A stretch of DNA of 39,229 nucleotides from Eubacteriales bacterium. Lineage in GTDB: Bacteria > Bacillota > Clostridia > Oscillospirales > JAAYXM01. Location: assembly GCA_045540975.1 (NCBI GenBank), contig JAZQIE010000059.1:1-39229 (forward strand). The letters are read 5' to 3'. Of this stretch, positions 35,501 to 39,229 are shown one piece after another. A program made the position numbers and the translations under genes. The notes under the pieces are model-generated. The model did not search any database, was not told where the DNA came from, and saw nothing but the letters and a program-made list of their open reading frames with translations. Positions within the stretch are counted from its first letter, which is position 1; each line of letters begins with the position of its first letter.

Positions 35501-37172
35501 CGCTGACGTATCCGTTCTGCCCTGCCGCAAAGCCCCAGGTAACGGTTTGATCCGCGGTACTCGGAAGCGCCTTCACGCCCAGCTTGTAGGTATCGTTGCC
35601 TGCGGTCATCTTCGGGGTCGGGTTATCAATCACAATGCGGGAAGCCTTGTTCGCATTGCTGTATGCACCTTGATACAAAAGTGCGATATGATTGACAAAG
35701 ACATATCTGCCGCTAGTCGATGTTGTCTTGAAGGTGACGTAATATTCACCCTTGCGCAGAGCAATCACACCGCCTTTTGCATGTTCCATAGCCATGTTTG
35801 TGCTGCCGGCTTGTGTCTGTGCTACATATGCCTCTTCCGGGCAGGAGCCTGCCGCATAGGTGGTCGGATAAATGTAAACATTGGAAGTGACTGAACTGGT
35901 GTGATTGACATAAGCAATATCCGGGATGTAATTGCCGTCGCTTTCAACGTTGATTTTGAAGGTGACGGTTCGACCTGCCAATTGAGTATCCTGAATATCA
36001 ACAAATGCACCGTACCAGCTGTTGACGTCACTGCGATATGCGGCAACTCGGAGGGGGGAGGTAATGGTACTGTGCGCAAAGCACCACTGATCTGCGCTTG
36101 TGCTGTTCGCATAGGTGTTTTTGAACACATTGTCAATTTCCACTGTCTCGGATTCATTTGCACGCATATAGTTCTGCGCATCCTCGTTGATGGCATACAA
36201 CTGGGATTTGCTGTTGCCGACAAGGACAGAAACCATTTCTCTGCGTGCGCTGGTTGTTGCGGCAATGACCGCACTTCCCGTGGTACTGCCTGCGGTCACA
36301 AGACCGGTGCTCGCATTCACACCTGCAACAGAAGCGTTAGAGGAACTCCAAGTCACGCTGGGCTGATGAACATAACCGCTTGCGACACTGTGCGGAATCT
36401 GCAGCGCACGAAGCTGACGGGTAGCGCCCGCGCTCAAAATCGAGCCGCTGTTTCCGTAAATTGCCAGTTTCTTTGCGGCTGCCGGTGCGGCATCACTGTT
36501 TTTGGTCAGCTTCACATTGTGAAGCATAAAGTAATTATGGTTGGCTGTTTGATTCGTATTCGGTCGGAACGTAATATAATAGTTGCCGGCTGTCAGCGGT
36601 ACACTGTAAGCTGCCCCCTTGCTTTCCAAAACACCGGTCGTCGGGTACTGCATATCGCCGCTGTTGATGGAAACAATCTGTTCGGAAACATCAAGCAAAA
36701 CCGGCTGATTGCCGGATGCCGAGGACAAATACACTGCGCACTCGCGGGCAGATTCGTAATCATAGTAGGTCACCGAAATACCGTAAGTGCCTGTTTCCGG
36801 GACATTGATTTCAAAGGTGGCGTAGTTGTTTAGTCCTTCACTGCCGGAAAAGAGAAACACACCGTATTGTTCTTGCGCGCTGCCGTTGTGCTGAATCAAG
36901 CCGGTATTGGTCCGCCCACGTACAAAGCGCCATGCGGCAGTACTGCCGGAATAGGTATTTAACGTATCAAATGTGGTGTCAGTCGTAAGACTGAGTGGGT
37001 TGCTGCCGAAGGAAGCAGAATTGTTCGTATGATGTGTCTTCAAGCCTTCCGCAAAGTTGTAGACATATGTGATGTCTGCCGCACTTGCGGAAAACATATC
37101 GGCGGGCAAAAATGCCACCAACATACAAACTGCGAGAAGAAGGGAGGTGAGCCGTCGAATCATTGTGTACAT
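32568..37172 (-). CDS. Large secreted modular protein (about 1534 aa): 5 beta-sandwich modules alternating with 4 Big_2 Ig-like domains, plus conserved C-terminal domain
   Basis: ATG 37172 with GAGAGGA RBS; signal peptide RRLTSLLLAVCMLVAFLP...ASA; VTWxSSNxxVAxV..GLVTA Big_2 motifs; recurring YGxF...FxIxV..xGxY...LxAGxYYxTF modules. Confidence 0.85.
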   Translation of the reverse strand: MYTMIRRLTSLLLAVCMLVAFLPADMFSASAADITYVYNFAEGLKTHHTNNSASFGSNPLSLTTDTTFDTLNTYSGSTAAWRFVRGRTNTGLIQHNGSAQEQYGVFLFSGSEGLNNYATFEINVPETGTYGISVTYYDYESARECAVYLSSASGNQPVLLDVSEQIVSINSGDMQYPTTGVLESKGAAYSVPLTAGNYYITFRPNTNQTANHNYFMLHNVKLTKNSDAAPAAAKKLAIYGNSGSILSAGATRQLRALQIPHSVASGYVHQPSVTWSSSNASVAGVNASTGLVTAGSTTGSAVIAATTSARREMVSVLVGNSKSQLYAINEDAQNYMRANESETVEIDNVFKNTYANSTSADQWCFAHSTITSPLRVAAYRSDVNSWYGAFVDIQDTQLAGRTVTFKINVESDGNYIPDIAYVNHTSSVTSNVYIYPTTYAAGSCPEEAYVAQTQAGSTNMAMEHAKGGVIALRKGEYYVTFKTTSTSGRYVFVNHIALLYQGAYSNANKASRIVIDNPTPKMTAGNDTYKLGVKALPSTADQTVTWGFAAGQNGYVSVNNGVLTASGTLKGSNVITATVDGREEVTSVSTGALLYTFNNVAKKYLAEQSLSSIAFDYFNDYSKVTVGDKWVFVGQDANTILPTVYQAHVDNNGNATYNERYGVFLDLGNGSDKWVRFKIRVDTSGWYTPEVLYRDNGPGNMRESEVYISPISQDPYTKHVMTLTPDANAPGAGTIKAKRSDEAMYLGAGEYYLTFKVGEYNGTLNANGEKTARYLYLYHLALVETDTEADPLTPKAVVITKPSEAMAPLAIGDTVQLTASVKPIWAVQDIVSWTSSNTDVATVDKNTGLVTAKGEGVALITATARDARSETVVIQVGSTAQVYAFNEVIKKYAESTGKLRVNIADDTTFTDAAYSWKNYHDFGQGWRLIEKYDSISTAYTGESAIEDGEGDKTDPNYKYGLFLLGNNNDSYAHFEIEITEDGYYTPEILQYLALNSSDTQGSRQVELYISPISCPTDDLMHEAYYVGTTELDGEADGDVIVTDLGLDSQRFDGIHLAKGKYNMVLKSAESIGRYIYLHAFVLHKTGPYVQPKPKDIRFINHVDEALYLSANASHTLIPMIHPLLAEQTVTWVSDNEAVATVSASGEITTKAVTEGTALITAISTADGTIVGKVRVIIGQKENSSYTFDFKAPVEKYRDFPTEFNDATAFNLFTTDFATSYTASTDGGSAPWMLLSTSASENYCNYTKSTSQGYGLFVMSSKTVGTYTQLKFKVDQDANYGTVLNISDWSKANDFDVYIAPINATDPTAERWKVGSHHITKRSNLAYGLELGERALYAGEYILTVKSTAVNYKGTSGGLISLHGLTLHRTGDAFYTLEGAQVRTKGDQGLRFISTIYKSEYNVDSSKVKEFGTVLLPKDFLLDGHDGSDLTLGYVGKNGAESAKVVAKNRYRDSLDSVTFTAVLINLEPRHYKRVFVARAYVIYVDENGVEQTVYGDTWTERSIFEVAENGLARNGENMSDDEKTALETIVKTAE

Positions 37173-37288
37173 GATATCATTCCTCTCAATATGTAGTTTT
37201 TTTGTGTAATGATGGAAATACACAGAATAATCATAACATAAATATGAGAAAAAGTAAATACTTATCGAAGTTTTTATAACAAAACAAG

Positions 37289-37320
37289 AAAAAAGGCAGA
37301 GCCATGATTGACTCTGCCCT
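37289..37320 (-). terminator. Intrinsic terminator after the small peptide gene
   Basis: GGCAGAG...CTCTGCC stem followed by TTTTTT on the minus strand. Confidence 0.8.
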
Positions 37321-37333
37321 TTGAATGAACCTG

Positions 37334-37441
37334 TTATGCCCACGGATCGGAGACATCGTTGTCGCCGTAAGACGCGGTCATTACATCATCGGTCAAAAAG
37401 ATTTCAACCTTCAGTTCGGGGGATTCGTAGAACTCTTTCAT
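37334..37441 (-). CDS. 35-aa peptide MKEFYESPELKVEIFLTDDVMTASYGDNDVSDPWA
   Basis: AAAGGAG RBS, ATG at 37441, TAA at 37334, starts 15 nt after the upstream stop and is followed by a terminator; below the ORF-track cutoff. Confidence 0.8.
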   Translation of the reverse strand: MKEFYESPELKVEIFLTDDVMTASYGDNDVSDPWA

Positions 37442-37456
37442 AGGAAAGCTCCTTTC

Positions 37457-39229
37457 TTATGCTTCGGAACCGACAACCGCATCCACAATCGTCTGGAAGA
37501 CCGCCTTGTCGGACTCGGATGCACCTGCATCTGCAAGACCCTTGAGCGCGACTTCGTAGATGGAGCGCGACACTGTGTTACCGTATGCAACGCGGGTCAT
37601 ACCGTTTGCATCCTCGTAAATGACATATGCGCGTGCGGTGTATGCACGGGTGTAATTCTTTTCTGCAATGTTGGTGATAACAGCGGTGAAGGTGACGGAT
37701 GCGTCATCCTCTGCATAGAGGACAGCGGCAGGTACCTTTGCGACCTTGTGACCGTTGTTTTCATAGCCGATGACCAAATCATCCGCATTGCTCAGGTCAG
37801 CGGTCGGAAGCAGGATGGTACCGTATTCAATCACCTTTGCAAATTCTGCACTCTTGGAAATCGAAGAGATGAAGCGGAGACCCTGAGTACCCTTGGTGCG
37901 AATCTGTGCGCCGTTAACCGAGGTCGGATTCAACTCGGTGCTGACCGATGCGAGTGTACCGGTCTTATAAAGCGAGAGATCGAAGATACCGATGAGGTGG
38001 GTATCGTCACGGGTGGAAACGAAGGTGACGTAGTATTCGCCTGCCTGCATTGCCATCTCGGAAGTCATATCCGAAAGAGTGATGCGAGTGGAGGGGTCAG
38101 AGCTCTTGAAGGAGAGGACCTTGTATTCCGCGGCAACCGGGTTTTTTGCAATTGCAGGTGCGATGTACATATCAAAGTCGTTCGAGCCGACCCAATCGGA
38201 GAACTTCAGCATTCCGGTGTACTTGCCGTCTTCCGCAACATTGATTTTCACACGGCTCCAGCCCGGAGCACCCGCATCAACATACAGCGCAAAGACACCG
38301 AAGCCGCCGTTGGAGGAAGCGGTGTAGTTGAAGTATGCTTTGCCGCCTGCACCCGACATATCGGAATCCTCATACATCCACGGGGAGGAACCTGCTTCGA
38401 CGGACGGAGCGTAGCTGTTTGCGTAGACGGTCTCGTCAATATCGATTTCCTTTTGACCGTTGGACTCAAAGATTGCCTTAATCGGATTGTAGAAGTCATA
38501 GACATAGCTTGCGCTCGGAGCACCGACCCAAACTCTGAAGGAATCGGCTGCGCCTTCACCGTCATTTGCGGTTGCGGTGATGGTTGCAACGCCTGCCTTT
38601 GCTGCGGTGATGGTGTTGCCCGAAACGGTGACCACATCACTCGAGGAGGAGAGGGTGTAGGTCAAATCGTCTGCGGTTGCGGGGAGTACGGTTGCGGTGA
38701 TGTCGAGGGTGTCGCCCGCGTTCATCAAAACCGTGCCGCTTTTATTCAGCGCGATGGACTCGACCGGAATGACCTGCTCAGCATCGGAGAGCTTGAGACC
38801 CTTGATGAAGTAACCCTTTGCATTCGGGCTGCGATAGATAATCTGATATTCGCCGGCCGCTTCTACGGTGACCTCACCGAGGATTTCTTCTACCTCATAG
38901 TTGGTAGAGGACTTGTGGTTCTTGGTTGCGAGCTGATACTTTTCAGCAAACGGGTCTGCCGCATCCTTCGGAGCGAAGAATGCTTCGAGCTCGTCGCCCG
39001 CGGTCCAAACGCTGTGGATAGAGGAGACCGTGTAGGTACCTGCTGCGGGAACAAAGAGATCCATTGCTGCCCAGCCGCCGGTCGATGCCGCAAAGTATGC
39101 GCCCAAAGATTTAGCGGAGGAGGACCAAACCCATTCGCGGGTGGTGTTGGAGGTCTCGCCGGTCTTCCAACCGAAGGACTTGGTGCTGCCGATACAGCCC
39201 GGAGCACCCGAGGTGGTGAGGGCGTAATA
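37457..39229 (-). CDS. Paralogous large modular surface protein (5'-truncated by the window edge)
   Basis: Frame stays open from 39106 to the window end; same beta-sandwich, Big_2 and GAQIRT.G.QGLRFIS C-terminal domain. Confidence 0.85.
   Translation of the reverse strand, partial: YYALTTSGAPGCIGSTKSFGWKTGETSNTTREWVWSSSAKSLGAYFAASTGGWAAMDLFVPAAGTYTVSSIHSVWTAGDELEAFFAPKDAADPFAEKYQLATKNHKSSTNYEVEEILGEVTVEAAGEYQIIYRSPNAKGYFIKGLKLSDAEQVIPVESIALNKSGTVLMNAGDTLDITATVLPATADDLTYTLSSSSDVVTVSGNTITAAKAGVATITATANDGEGAADSFRVWVGAPSASYVYDFYNPIKAIFESNGQKEIDIDETVYANSYAPSVEAGSSPWMYEDSDMSGAGGKAYFNYTASSNGGFGVFALYVDAGAPGWSRVKINVAEDGKYTGMLKFSDWVGSNDFDMYIAPAIAKNPVAAEYKVLSFKSSDPSTRITLSDMTSEMAMQAGEYYVTFVSTRDDTHLIGIFDLSLYKTGTLASVSTELNPTSVNGAQIRTKGTQGLRFISSISKSAEFAKVIEYGTILLPTADLSNADDLVIGYENNGHKVAKVPAAVLYAEDDASVTFTAVITNIAEKNYTRAYTARAYVIYEDANGMTRVAYGNTVSRSIYEVALKGLADAGASESDKAVFQTIVDAVVGSEA

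Noticed and set aside
37173-37343. ORF-track N-terminal extension of the 1591-aa protein
   Set aside because: It crosses a terminator and an AT-rich intergenic region; the RBS and signal peptide support a start at 37172.

Overview
A 39-kb chromosomal window from a fairly GC-rich, spore-forming Clostridia-type Firmicute (spoIIP, sigma-A promoters, GGAGG RBSs). Left to right: tRNA-Ser(CGA); housekeeping genes (Fe-ADH, spoIIP, proB, NCS2 permease); a WYL regulator next to a type II-C CRISPR-Cas9 locus. That locus has 6 spacers, promoter-containing repeats, an apparently intact 1084-aa cas9 and a tracrRNA, but cas1 and cas2 are collapsed into one 96-aa cas1'-'cas2 chimera. Next come a carbohydrate cluster (LacI/LuxR hybrid regulator, DUF5107-TPR protein, aldose epimerase, GH5), cidA/lrgB, small metabolic genes, a TIR-MORN protein, a PHP hydrolase, a divergent membrane pyrophosphatase and an IS200 remnant. 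A visibly AT-rich five-gene operon follows (TIR + DUF6273-like; 762-aa helical protein; KGGxGR ParA-like ATPase; 771-aa unknown; tandem-domain SAM-decarboxylase-like protein). This operon is the best candidate for an undescribed defence or conflict system. The window ends with two large secreted Ig-repeat proteins sharing a C-terminal domain, with a 35-aa YxxPxL peptide gene between them that the ORF track missed. All calls are motif recognition by eye; no searches or computations were run.
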